A stretch of 64,000 nucleotides of DNA from contig NC_059429.1 of NCBI RefSeq assembly GCF_021028975.2, forward strand, positions 78,616,001 through 78,680,000, read 5' to 3'. Of the stretch, positions 12,920 through 25,035 are shown in pieces (position 1 is the first letter of the stretch; each line of letters begins with the position of its first letter). Origin of the DNA: Sphaerodactylus townsendi (lineage: Eukaryota). The notes below the pieces were generated by a model that saw only the letters and a list, made by a program, of their open reading frames with translations, did no database searches and had not been told where the DNA came from. A program made the translations under genes and the position numbers.

Positions 12920-13333
12920 GCCAGCGTAATGTAATGGTTAAGAGCTAGCATGGTGTAGTGGTTAAGCACAGGTGCACTCTAATCTGGAGAACCGGGTTTG
13001 ATTCCCCGCTTGGTCACTTAAGCTGTTGGAGTGCACAAGATTAGCTTGTGCACTCCAACACAAGCCATCTGGGCAGTGGTGGGATTCAAATAATTTAACA
13101 ACTGGTTGTTTATAAATACCATTTTCACGACTAGTTCTCCTGAAGCGGTGCAAACCTGCTGAATCCCACCACTGCATCTGGGTGACCTTGGGCTAGTCAC
13201 AATTCTTTGGAGCTCTCTCAGCCTCACCCACCTCACAGGGTGTTTGTGGGGGGGGGGAGGAAAAGGAGATTGTAAGCTCCTTTGAGTCTCATTACAGGAG
13301 AGAAAGGGGGATATAAATCCAAACTCTTCTTCT
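12920..13333 (+). mobile_element. tRNA-derived squamate SINE (Squam3/Sauria-like)
   Basis: A box TGGTGTAGTGG, B-box-like GGTTTGATTCCC, body GGGTGACCTTGGGCTAGTCAC, and a (TCT)n tail. Confidence 0.75.
13074..13174. mobile_element. hAT MITE nested in the SINE
   Basis: TIR CAGTGGTGGGATTC / GAATCCCACCACTG with a perfect 8-bp TSD CATCTGGG. Confidence 0.85.
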
Positions 13334-14762
13334 AGTACATTAGCAAAGACCCTCCCCCAAGTGATGAGCTCCTCTTTTTGGCAAATTAATTTCTTATATA
13401 GGTGACTCCTTCAGGTTAGTGATTCTAACTGTTTATAATATTGGGCTTCCTTTCAAGAGAATGTACTCACATCTCTTCTAACCTTAGCCTACATGCTAAG
13501 GGTATGTAGGTTTTTAACAACAGGGTGATGTAATGTTCCGTATTTTCACATACACACTTGTGTGCATATGGTCAAGAGGGCTTTTCTAAACAGATGGTAG
13601 GGCTATTCTGTAACTAAAGAGTTCAGAAAAATACTTGGGTGAAGAGTTTGGGACTGTGGTCTTTACTATGGTGTATAGTTTGTACTGTCTGTTGTTAATA
13701 AGTAAAATCCAATTGTGTAATTTTTTGCATCATTCAGCGTGTCATATTAACAATATTTATGCTTTGCTTCAGTTCTCTGTATACTTGGTTCCATATTCCT
13801 ACAATTCAAATCCCATAGCATTGTCTATTGGATGTCCCATCCTGTTGATTGGATTGATTTATTCTGTGTAATCTGCCACGAATAAATATATGCAGGCAGC
13901 TTGTATAACTGGGGTATCTACTGAAATGAACAGGGTAGCTCACACATAGCAAACAGCAAGTGTGGAAAATACCTGACAGTTCTTGAAAAAAACACTGAAA
14001 TGCTGTCGAATTTAGTAAAGATGAGCTAGATTTTTTAAAAAGCAGTAGAGCAACTTAGAGTCCATGGTTTCCTGCCTAGTGCATGCCTGTTTATTTTATT
14101 TATTACTTCTTACTGCCTAAATGAAACTTTTTTCCTAATGCAGGGGACTCCAATGTAGTGTCCACTGTCACCTTTTATGGTACCCAGCAAACTTTTTTTT
14201 AGAAAATGGGGAGAGCCAGGTGGGACTTTTGCCCAGTAGGGCTTCCAGTTGGCCACTGAAGATCTGATTGGCTTTACAGATTTTTTAAAAAGTTGCTTTA
14301 CCAGCAACTGCCATTGCTGCATGAAGATATTCACTGTATGACAGTTCAGTTTAAAAAGCATCCTGTTAAAGCTTCTGCCTGAAATGCTGAAAGGTTATAC
14401 TATTAAAGTTAAGCATGACCTCACTCACTGACATGTTGTTGTAGGCTCTGCCTCCTGTGAATAGGGATTGTGTAGTTGCACCCAGCACCTTATGTCAGAA
14501 TTCCAAAGGCGCCCGAAGCTGAAAAAGATTGAGGACCCCTGTTTTAGCCATTATGGAAATATACATAGTTTTTATGTATTCGCTTAGCTTTGGTATCTGT
14601 GTTATTTCCTCAACCTTATCTAGAAAGGTTTCAGTGGGTGTTTCTCAGGTCTGCATTAGGAAGTAAGAGTTTCTAGTGCATGATGCTGCCTAGAACTGTA
14701 AATGGGAGACTTCTCAATACATGTAATACTTAGCAAAAATTGACCCTCTTACTTTTCCCCAG

Positions 14763-14833
14763 AGAGTCCGCACACTGCAGCCACCAACAGTGGATACTCC
14801 CGCAAAGAGAACGGTGGGATCTTCTATCACTAA
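14763..14833 (+). CDS. CFAP276: CFAP276 last coding exon (total CDS 519 nt, 172 aa)
   Basis: CCCCAG acceptor; ESPHTAATNSGYSRKENGGIFYH-TAA matches the conserved C-terminal H...TN.GYSRK.DGGFF motif; AATAAA downstream at ~15090 and ~15233. Confidence 0.9.
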
Positions 14834-16932
14834 AGGTTTTGCAAGGCCATCCTGCTTCTGTTCTTCAACCTGTATTCATTTTCATCCGTGTTAATTCTTT
14901 AGTCTCCTTTGCTTTTAGATTCTTCTTTAAAGTCCCCAGCTTCACTGATCTCTAGTAAGATCACAACAATTAAACACAATCATTCCCATGCATCTTCCCT
15001 GTTATCTTTACAAATGGATGCTGTACCTCAATAGTTGAAAGGACAAGCTATGTATTACCTATCGGCTAAATGCTAAACTTATCAAGACTAATAAATCCAA
15101 AGAATTAGTTATGAAAGTGAGTGGTTGTGCTTCAAAAAATACATTTTGGATTGATTCAGATTTTCGGTTGAATCATTTTTTTTAGTAATTAAACTCATAA
15201 TCTGGAATACATTTATCCACAGTAAATCACCTAATAAAACCCATGTTTTATTTTCCTGAAGCCACCTGTCCATCCAGTCTTTTCTGGATATCTCTGTATT
15301 TTTTCTGCAATGTCCTGAAAAACCCGTTCTTGCAGTTTGCCATCAAAACAGGGAAATGCATTTCACTCCTTCAATTTAACCAGTTGCAGGGAGAGACTTG
15401 TGAGTTGGTAACCAAATTGAAAACCAGGCAATATTCCAAGCACAACTGCTGTTAGCAGAGAAGTTATAGGTGACTTGGCAAGGGACTTTCAGTGCCAAGG
15501 GGCCAACTGTCTTTAAAGTAACTGTCAGCACATGGACTAAGGCCAGTTAAACTCACAGATCTTAATTCGAATCAACAATCATATTATTACATCACTTACC
15601 TGACCACCAAAACTTTAACATAATTGCCCCTAGGTAAATAACAGGAAAAGTTTAAACCAGTTAGTCCCCCACAAAAGTCAGTTATAGAAATACTGTCTGC
15701 ACATCCCTGGTATGACTTTTATCTTAGTTTCATTGGCCATGCTGGAATCTATGCTTTAAAAATGGGTAATTCACTGTACAAATCTCAGGTTTACTTTAGT
15801 TATTGAGAACTTCACAGCAAACATGCTTAGAAGCAAGTGGCAGCACTGGGATATCCCTGAGTTCTCTGGAGAATGGCTGTCTCTTTTCTTATCCTGGTAA
15901 CCCAATGGTCACTTGGTAATGTGAATTATTTTGGAGGGGGATTATTCTAGTTTTATCACTGGGATTAAATCCAATGTAGATCCATTGTGAACTGGAGCTC
16001 TGCAACCACTTACTGAACTGAGGAGCAGCAGAGACTAACAGTACCATCCTAGGCAAAGGAATACACTTGCAAATTCATTTAAGTAAATGGGCTTAGATAA
16101 GTGCAACTATGTAGGATGGCTGCAGTGGTAGTAACCCTAAACTTGTCTGCTTGGAAAGAAGTCCCATGTTAATCAATGGGACTTACTCTCAGTAAAGCAT
16201 TTTTATAATACAACCAAAGAATGCTTTGCTGTAGATGCAACTTCCCTTGAACAAACTCGCTATCCCAAGACATTATTGTCCTTTTTTATGGTAGCAAAAT
16301 GGACAAAGGCATTTGTGTAAGCTAAGAAAAGTCTAGTATAATTCCTCTACATAAAAATATAAGTTTATTTAAACAAGATATTGAGTTTATAATTTAATAC
16401 AAACAAAACATAAAAGTTGCAGTCAACAAAATAAAAAAATGTTGTTTCACTTAGTACATTTTTTGGGTGGAATAAAAAGGAGTTTATCACCTGTTTAGCC
16501 TGAATGTAAAGGTGATAAAGAAATGCAGAACATTAGTCCAGTGTAATGTGCAGTGAAGTCTCTTACCTATGAAACAACTTATTTTGTGGCATCTTAAAAA
16601 CAAATATGTTTATTGTGAAATATGTTTTCGTGAACCAAGCATACTTCACCAGATGTATGAAGTCAGATGCACTCAGATTGTGGACACACATACGGAAAGA
16701 GAAGGGGGGAAAGGGAAGTTATTACAAAGGTCAAAAGGTGATCAATTGCCAGAGTAAAATTAATGATATACATGAGCCTCTACAGTTTTCTGAAATGAAC
16801 TAGCCTTTCTCAATCTCTGAAGGCCTAGTATGATAGCTGCCTATTTGCATATGAATTCTATTCATTCCGTTTGACATGAACTCTAAATGCTATTTACTAC
16901 TTTGATGCTTGGAGAATATTACTATTGGCCTG

Positions 16933-18180
16933 TGTAGCAGACTTGCCCCACCATGAAGGGCTGGTGTGTGTGAAAGGCATAATGAAAAGGCCTTAGTAAC
17001 AGCCAGAGTTAAGGCAGCAGGCTCCACTATACCAAGGACCCCATTTGATTGGTCGAGCAAAGGCACAGTTGCCTATGGCCAGGGATAGGGGGAGCCAGAG
17101 TGCTGGCAGTATAAATACAGCAGAGCCTGTCAGGGGATACACTCTCTCTGAAGAGATTCTGATAGAGATCAGAAGGAGTCAAGATTGGGAGAGAGATTCA
17201 GGAAGAACCAGAGTTTGACAGGGAGTGGTCTATCAGATCTGAGGATTCTGTCTCAGCAGTGTTAGCTGACATAAGTCCAGTCACTCTACAAGCTGAGGCT
17301 TGCCAGAGAAAAGAGGCCCTGAGTTGGGTGCAAAGTGACACGCCAGTCAGTGGCTTGACAGTGAATACTGTCCAGACCTAGAGTCTGCCCTACCCCTGTG
17401 TAACACCAGTCTGGGAAAAGCCCGATCCAGTAGCAGTGAGACCAGTTTGGGATTAGTGTGAGAGAGGGGGGAGGAAGCTTTTGTATGCCAGAGATCTCAC
17501 AGCAGGCAAGGACTGTGTGTGTGTGTATTCAGTGGGTTGTGGTGTGAAGTCAGAAAGGGGACTGAAGGTGTCTGCCGGTGAAAGAAATTTAGTAGATCTA
17601 AAAGCAAAAATAGCCCTCTGAGAAAAGAGACACCCGCGTGTGTCTCTACTGTGTGGCTCCCTGAAACCCAAGTAACATCTGAAGCTCTGTAATTTCTTAA
17701 GTGAAAAGAACCTCTCTGAAACCATTAAGCGTTAGTACCTCTGAGCTAGCTTCTAAGAAGTTTCTCTTCTTTTGTTGTTTCTAAATTCCTAAAGGGTGCC
17801 AGTCTGCGTTTGTGTGTGAGCGGTTGAAAAGTACCTGTCTGTGAGACTAGAATCCAAGCCAATTTTGAGTTCCCTCCATTTTTTTATATGGGACTCTGAA
17901 GGACATTCCCCTCAGACCAAGAGTGAATGCGAGGTAGGATCCTTTATTATATTTGGAAGCCAGCAGCAGTTTTGGGATTCCTAGTTCCTTCTCTTTAATG
18001 GTGGCAGCAGAGTAAAAAGAAGATCCCTGAACACTAGCCTGGGATATTTTGGGTGGCAAAGGAAACCCCACCAGTCAGTTTAGTGGGAACGTTGATTGTA
18101 GGCCACCTGTCCTGTTACAATTGGTGGCTAGCGGTGGGATAATCTCTCTCCCTCGCCCGGAATATAAGGACTCTGTTACA
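16933..18180 (+). mobile_element. Solo LTR (Gypsy/ERV type), 1248 bp
   Basis: Begins TGTAGC and ends GTTACA; 5-bp TSD GCCTG at 16928-16932 and 18181-18185; TATA-like TATAAATA at ~17110; internal tRNA-Leu PBS-like sequence at ~18122-18140. Confidence 0.75.
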
Positions 18181-19404
18181 GCCTGCCATATCCAAAGGAT
18201 TTTCCAAACTGCCTCCAATACGCTCAAACTGTGTTTAAGTATGTGTTATTGAAAATGTTCTATTGAAATCCATGGAACTTCTTTTTCAGTAAGCATAGTG
18301 ATGACAAAGCTGTAAAGAGTAATCCCTATGCCCTAACCAATAGCACAGTGGGCCTTCTCACGCTTGTGCTATGTGTATCCAGATTCTCTGGAGCTGCACA
18401 GCCAGCCTGATCTGTTCATTGAGCTGTATGGATTGGATGAGAAAAGCAATGGACTTTTTAATCCTTATAAGCACAAGTTTAAGTGTTCACTGGATTACTT
18501 AACCCTACTGAACAGATCCAACTGGCTTGGACAATGAGGTCTCTGCTGATAGAAGGCATTTTTGCCAGCAAAGAGGGACTTCCTCAACTCCCCCTCTTCA
18601 CCAAAGCCTAAAATGTCCTTTCCAGTTGGCAGGAATTTTCCTTGGGATGCAACCCAATGATAGTATAATTTTATGCTTGCTACAATTTTGGAATGATATA
18701 GCAAATGGGAATCTGAGTGTACTGGGGTACAATCATGTCTCAAGAAAATGCAAATCAAAGACTACATTTAAATATTTAAAAAGTGACGCATAAGTTATCT
18801 CAGAGTTTTTCAGGAGGCCAATCCTAACATAAGATAACCAGTTAGTTCAGTTTAGCAGTGGACTAATCTGAAGCCTGTTTGGTCCATGTAAAGAAGTTTT
18901 AAGTGAAGTAGTGGACAAAAGTGTTATTTAGCCAGCTACTTTTCCACCTTGGAGAGTGCTCACTGTGGACACTATTTGCAGCACTTCAAAGATGTTGAGA
19001 GTCTAGGAAAAACTGACAAAAGGATTACTACATATTTGATTCCTGTAAAACTCACATCACAAAAAAGAAGGTATCATCTATGTTCTAGCCTGACAAGCTC
19101 TGGGTTTCTGTGGCTCACTTGAACACACTTGTCTCTCTATACAGAACAAGAGCTTACAACTTGAAGATAACAGCCCAGCAGCGTCTATGAATTCCAAAGA
19201 TGGTTTCTGAATTATCCATTACCTTTCATAATATTTTCCCAATATTTAACAGGAATTATTCAAGGACAGGTCTCCACCAGAATAAAATGCTCAGAAGTAC
19301 ACTGAGGTCATTGGTAGTAGAAAGTGCTGTAAACTTGCAGCAAACTTTTGGTGACGCTAACTCTAGGGTTATACTAGTGAAACCCAGGGTACACTAACTC
19401 TAGG

Positions 19405-19545
19405 GTTTTCCAGGCAAGAGATGTCCTGAGGTGGTTTGCCATTGCCCTGGTTTTCCTTGGTGGTAACCTGTCCAAATACTAACCAGGGCCAGCCCCGGTT
19501 GGCTTTGAAGATGTAATGAGATAGGGCTCGCCAAAGATTACTGCC
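19405..19545 (-). mobile_element. 5S-derived SINE fragment
   Basis: The reverse complement carries GGCCCTGGTTAGTATTTGGA and GGCAATGGCAAACCACCTC, as in 12430-12632. Confidence 0.6.
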
Positions 19546-22039
19546 CCCTCCTCCCCCAGCCAAAAAGCAACCTGAAACAATAATGAACTGGGTTCAAGAT
19601 CTGCAAATGAAAATAAACCAAGAGCCACCACAATTGAAAAACCTTTAGCAGACGCAGTGGCTGTGTTGTACATTAGAACAATAAATGTTAAAAAGCCTTC
19701 TGCCAAAAGTCAGGTCAGTTCAAATCAGCATGAAAATCATCTTCAGTACACTAACAGCTTCTTTAGTCTTGTTGCCTACTCAGAGTCACAATGCAGCAGA
19801 GACGGTAAAAGCTGTAACTAGCATTCCCATCAGAGTCTACAAACTGAACCTAGCAATTCTGTACCTATATTGATTGGTCTTTTGCTCCTGCAACAATACA
19901 CAAACCCCATGTGATGATTTACAGAATGCACATCTTAATCTGCTCCTTTCTTCAGCTCAGTGTCTCCACCTTCCATTGTTTCCTCATGTTGCTGCTTTTG
20001 TCTCTGCTTATTCTAATGGAAACTCTATTATGGAAAGCATTTGAAGAAGCAAACGTTAACTGTGAATCAAAGATCATCTAAAACTATGCTATTACTTAAA
20101 AATGCATGTGAGTTTAAGTTAAAAAACACCTTTTAAAGTTAAAAAACACAAAGCTTTTAAAACTTAGTACAGAGCCAAAGTAATTTGAACACTATGATCC
20201 AACAACAGTGATTGCTGATCTCACTACCTTCTAAAGTCAATTCCAAGGAGGAAATAACATTAATTTGTTGCCGTCAGAACAGAACGTCTTGCGGTGTTTC
20301 AGAGGCTCAATTTGTGAGTCAGAGCTTTTAAGAGATTCTCAACTGCTTCAGGAAGCTTCAAGCTGTTTGGATTACTGATGATGACTGCAAAATGTTAAAG
20401 TTTTTGCCCTCCCTCTTGTTTACCAGGGGCAATAATTTAAAGATGTTAAAGCTATCAGAAGTGGAAGGAATTCTCAGTGAACCTAAACTTTCAGCTAGTT
20501 TTGTGTAGTTTAGAAAAGTGTACTCTCCACATGGTCAGAGGCACTCATTTTATTACCACTGGGTATATTTCAACTGAGCCCTGATGGAGAAAATGCAGTC
20601 ACTGAAATTTAATGCACTTTCAGGTCAAAGGAGAATTTTCCCCCTGCATGCCAGACCTGTTTTTTTCTCCTTAAGTACCAAAGCATTCTAACAGAGTGAG
20701 CCTCATTGTCCTTCCTTTGACACACACACACATACATACATACACACACTCCAATGCACTGCAGGGAGAAGGAATTTTCAGATTTGGAGAATAGACTATT
20801 GTATCTTCTTAGCCACACTGGAGCCATTTTGAACTGTCACTAAAGAACCTCTGCACTGCAGTAAAATGTTGAAAAGCAGACATGGCACTGAAATAGTTCA
20901 TAACTAGTCAGTGCTACTTAACATTACTGAAATACAATTTTTTTAGAGGATGGAAATTAACTACTGGGAAATTTAATTCACATGTTTTGAGCCCTCTTTC
21001 TAGGATTGGTAATTCCTCAGGAGATTAGGTCAGTTTTCCAAGCCGCCCCTTTCAAATGTGCAACTACTCTCAACATTGTGCTTCCTAGAATACACCCAGA
21101 CTACCTTGAAGGGGTTTTTTTGTTTTTTTTGCACATTTGGAAAGTCCCCCAAATATGCAGAGACACACATTGACTGGGTACTTTTTGTTGCTGTTTTCAA
21201 AGCTGGCAAATTATCTATTTTACTGTCAGATACTGTATGGGTGGCCTAGTTTTGTTTTCCTCATGAAAAGGCTTTGTTTTACTACTAGGCCTGGTACAAA
21301 CATGCAAGAAACCAACGTTCTGAAATGGATTGCAAATGATGAATGCCAGCATTTTTTAAAAAATTAAAATAACCCCATGCTAGCATAACAGAAATTCACC
21401 TCTGCCTGCCATGCTGGTTTTCTATTTATAGGAAAGGTATAGATAAATATTCCAAAATGTGATCCTCCAATTGTAGTCTGAAGTTGCACATGACATTCTA
21501 CTACCTTATCCTACATGAACAAACTAGGCCTAAGATACCCTGATAATAATTAACTAGTCACAAAGACAAAAACCCACACCCAACATTAATTCCAAGTTTT
21601 ACTAGCAAGTTACATGGACTTTCGTAGATAGAACCACAGCTCTGGCTGCATACCAGTGAAAATCTGCAGAGGCTGGAGTGAGAAGCCCCAAATGCCCCAG
21701 AAACAGCCATCATGCTCCCAGACATCCCCAAAGTGGGGGCAGGGACTCAGCAGGGTCAAACCAAGTGCTACACCAGCATTCCCTGCTCGTCCTGTGTGCA
21801 GTAGGCCGGCAGAAGGAAGCCATGCACTACCGTGTCCTTGCCTGCTACACCACTACGAGGCTACCAGGGCCAAGTCAGGAGGCGGCAAGCTTTTGTGGAA
21901 GGTCTTTGTTGCAGCAGCAAGCAGAAACAGTGAGCAAAAAAGCAGTGAAGCCGCGGGGGAGGAAGGAACTACCCATTTCTACCCCATAAAGAAATCAGAC
22001 TGAGATCAGGAGAACTGGAGCAGGACCTGCGACGCTTAA

Positions 22040-22446
22040 ACCGGATCAGAATCGCCTCAGTACACACTGGCCAAGAGGAAGGGGCACGCCCTCCATCATT
22101 CAGCCTCATCTATCTGATCAACTCATCATCTCCGGATAAGCGCCGCCTGCAACCAGTTTCGCTGCACACCGCCCGAAGGCTTCACAGCAAAGGCGTTTTC
22201 TCATTTCAGGCCGGGGGGAGGCGGTGCCCTCCCAGCCCGATCAAATAAGATCAATGTGTAAGAAAAGCGTCGCAAGCTCAGGGACATTCACGCCGCGCTC
22301 TCACTCACTCACTCGCCCCCACTCACTTCACAAAGCCCAGAAGACCCCAAACAGAACACCAACAAACACCCCCGAAGCCGCCACCCGCCTCACTCACTCG
22401 CACGCGCGCACACGCAACCCCCAACCGCTCTCCCTGGCTGCTGAAC
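22040..22446 (-). ncRNA. SCARNA2: scaRNA2 (mgU2-25/61), box C/D Cajal-body RNA guiding U2 snRNA 2'-O-methylation
   Basis: Minus strand, 5' to 3': GU-rich domain; TACACATTGATCTTA-T-TTGA (22241-22260) antisense to U2 UAAGAUCAAGUGUA; C box ATGATGA (22123-22129); ATCAGATA guide antisense to U2 UAUCUGAU plus a D'-like box; GAGGCGAT-T-CTGA D box (22046-22049) antisense to the U2 5' end; CCGGA terminal stem. Syntenic position between CFAP276 and TMEM167B as in human. The 5' end is approximate. Confidence 0.9.
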
Positions 22447-22483
22447 GCGACTGCCCGAAGACACGCCCGCTTTTCTTTCTCCG

Positions 22484-22620
22484 CGCATTGCATTGTGGGA
22501 ATTATGGAGCTCTCGTCGCCTTGGCCTCTTTCCTCCGACCTAGCAGCTAGCTAGAAGCAGAAAACCGCCCAGCAACTTCCGGTTTAGTGAAGCTCGAGGA
22601 AATGGCTGCTTACGTCATAT
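22484..22620 (-). promoter_or_regulatory. scaRNA2 Pol II promoter elements
   Basis: Staf/ZNF143 site TTCCCACAATGCAATGCG (22484-22501, - strand); Ets ACTTCCGG (22575-22582); CRE/ATF-like TTACGTCA (22610-22617). Confidence 0.7.
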
Positions 22621-24805
22621 GAGTGAGGTCATTGATTCATCTCGTTCGATAGGGTCTGGTGTGTTCTTTGGGTGGGGAAAGCTCGCGTGCAAAAACAAAT
22701 AAATAAAAAGGTTCTGTTGCAGTTGAGGAGACAATTTAATTCTCGTTGCACTCGTGCTCCTATATTTACTTACTGGAAAAACAAACAACAGAAAGCGACA
22801 TCGGGTATATGTTCACTGCAGAATTTTCAGTACTATTTAACAGTATAACGTGTTTTAAAGGGGATAGGGCGGTTTATAAATCGAAACAATAAATAAATAA
22901 AATAAATAAAGTAGGCAACTCTGGATTGAACTATATAGGCTTCATACAAGCCGTATTCTGAGCCTGTCCCCTCCTGCCGGCATACATTACGGGAATAACA
23001 CTGGACTAAGGTTCCAGGGCTATTGGCACCTATTCATTAATAGAACAATAGGATGTAGTGGTGATTTCAGCTAAGTAGTTTATTTGGCAATCAATCAGCC
23101 ATACCAAAGCTGTGACTGTTCTGAATAAGTGTCTCATCAGCTCATTTTTTAATATGATCTGCATACACTCTACTATGAATCTGCAAATTAATCCACTGTT
23201 ACTGCAATTTGACATGAAAGACAAAATCATTTCACATGAACTAAATGTGGTTATCAGATTTGCACAGTACAAGTAAATTCTTTTATGATATATTATCTTG
23301 TTCCTTTTCATAAGAATTTGTGATAATTGGGTTCACCTCCTGAAATACAGAGTCAAATTCCAACAGCTTCTCTTGCCCAATTTCCTTTCCCAGAATACAC
23401 ATACAAGTTCAACAGGAAGAGGTTATGCCATTGCATCTCGTGGCTTTTTATTACTTGTCTTCTAACAGATTTTTCTATTTTAAAGTAAGCGGTCGACAGA
23501 GGCATCATAATCAGCAATATGTAAGAACTTAGAATAGCTGCCTAAAATAGTTATCTAAACAGTGTTTTCCATTATCTCTTTTAACATATTTTTGTTCTCA
23601 AGTATGCCTTTGAACATACCAGTTTTTCATGGCAGGCCACATTTATGAGGGTACTACTTTTGTGTGTGTACTCAACCCACCTGTTCCAAACTTATTTCTT
23701 CTTTTATGAACACAGGTCACATCTCAGGGCTTTCACCTGCTTTTCAGCAGCAATAAATTCCAGAAAGGGACTATTTGTTGCAGCAAAAAATACCAGTTCT
23801 GTAGAACTTTAACCACTAAGAACATTTTGTTCCTTTGCAAGGTTCTGAGGAATACAATCCCCTTCTTCAGATGCAATGAGTTCATTAGTCCAGTAGTAAG
23901 TACCGTTACAAAGGTCCTGATTGGATTAGACGTACTTGCAACTGCATGGTTCCTCTGAATGCCACTGGTTTAGCTTTGCTTTTATGTTACGAGACTGACT
24001 GGCCAGAATGGGAAGTCTTCAGATAAATTTGTCACTTTTTTCATATCAAATTAAACTACTTTGGGTCCCTATTGGAAAGAAAGGCAAGTAAACAGTATCA
24101 ATGCTACAGTTAAAAAATTACAGCATGTGGCATTATGACGGGAATGTAAAAACAAGTGGGTTGTGGTTTATACCGCTGTTCTGAATGGCAGTAATTTATA
24201 AATATCAAATACAATAACCAGCCTGCTAGAAATTTTTTCACTTTTTCTACTATAAGTACATTGAGACACATGCTACTCCTGTTAAGCAAATTGTTTTTTT
24301 AATTCTAATTATTCTGTACCATGTAATTCCTTTATTATTGTTATTATGATGTATTCTATTTATATGCCTCCCTCTCCACAAGGGCTCATATGCAAGTATG
24401 TCTGTCTTTTTTTTTTTTGGATTTTTAAATAAGCTCTTAGACGCTCCTTTGATTTTCAAGCCTCTCAAGAGAAATATAGCATTATAGGAGAGCGAGAGAA
24501 GGTAGATGTGACATTATAAAAGGTTTTCCTATGCCTTGTACTAATTGAATTGTTACTCTTGAAGATGTTAGATATCTATCCAATCACATCCTTTGAATAG
24601 TCACCTCTATGAAGACAGAAAGTCCAATATTTTATCCCAATGACTGAAGCTGATTGTTTTTGTTGACAAATCAGAGAATTTATCAGCATTGTAAAAAAAA
24701 TGCTGTCTTATTTGTAGTAGTTGTCTAAGATGGAGAAAAAATGTTCTGGACAGTAGTATGAAAGGTTGTTATGGACACATTTCTTCTGTATTGCTCTGAA
24801 ATAAC

Positions 24806-25035
24806 TACCCACGTTTCCCTGAAAATAAGACAGGGTCTTATATTAATTTTTGCTCCAAAAGAAGCGTTAGGGCTTATTTTCAGGGGATGTCTTTTTCCCT
24901 CCATGTGACCAGATCAGTTGTGTCAGGGAATCTGTAACTAGGGCTTATTTTTGGAGTACGGCTCATATTTCAAGCATCCTCCAAAAAATCATGCTAGGGC
25001 TTATTTTCGGGGTAGGTTTTATTTTCAGGGAACCT
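24806..25035. mobile_element. Tc1/mariner (Tigger/pogo-like) MITE
   Basis: Ends TTTCCCTGAAAATAAGAC / TTATTTTCAGGGAA, with repeated internal AGGGCTTATTTT motifs. Confidence 0.55.

Noticed and set aside
12945-13015. tRNA gene
   Set aside because: The A/B boxes belong to a SINE head; no complete cloverleaf.
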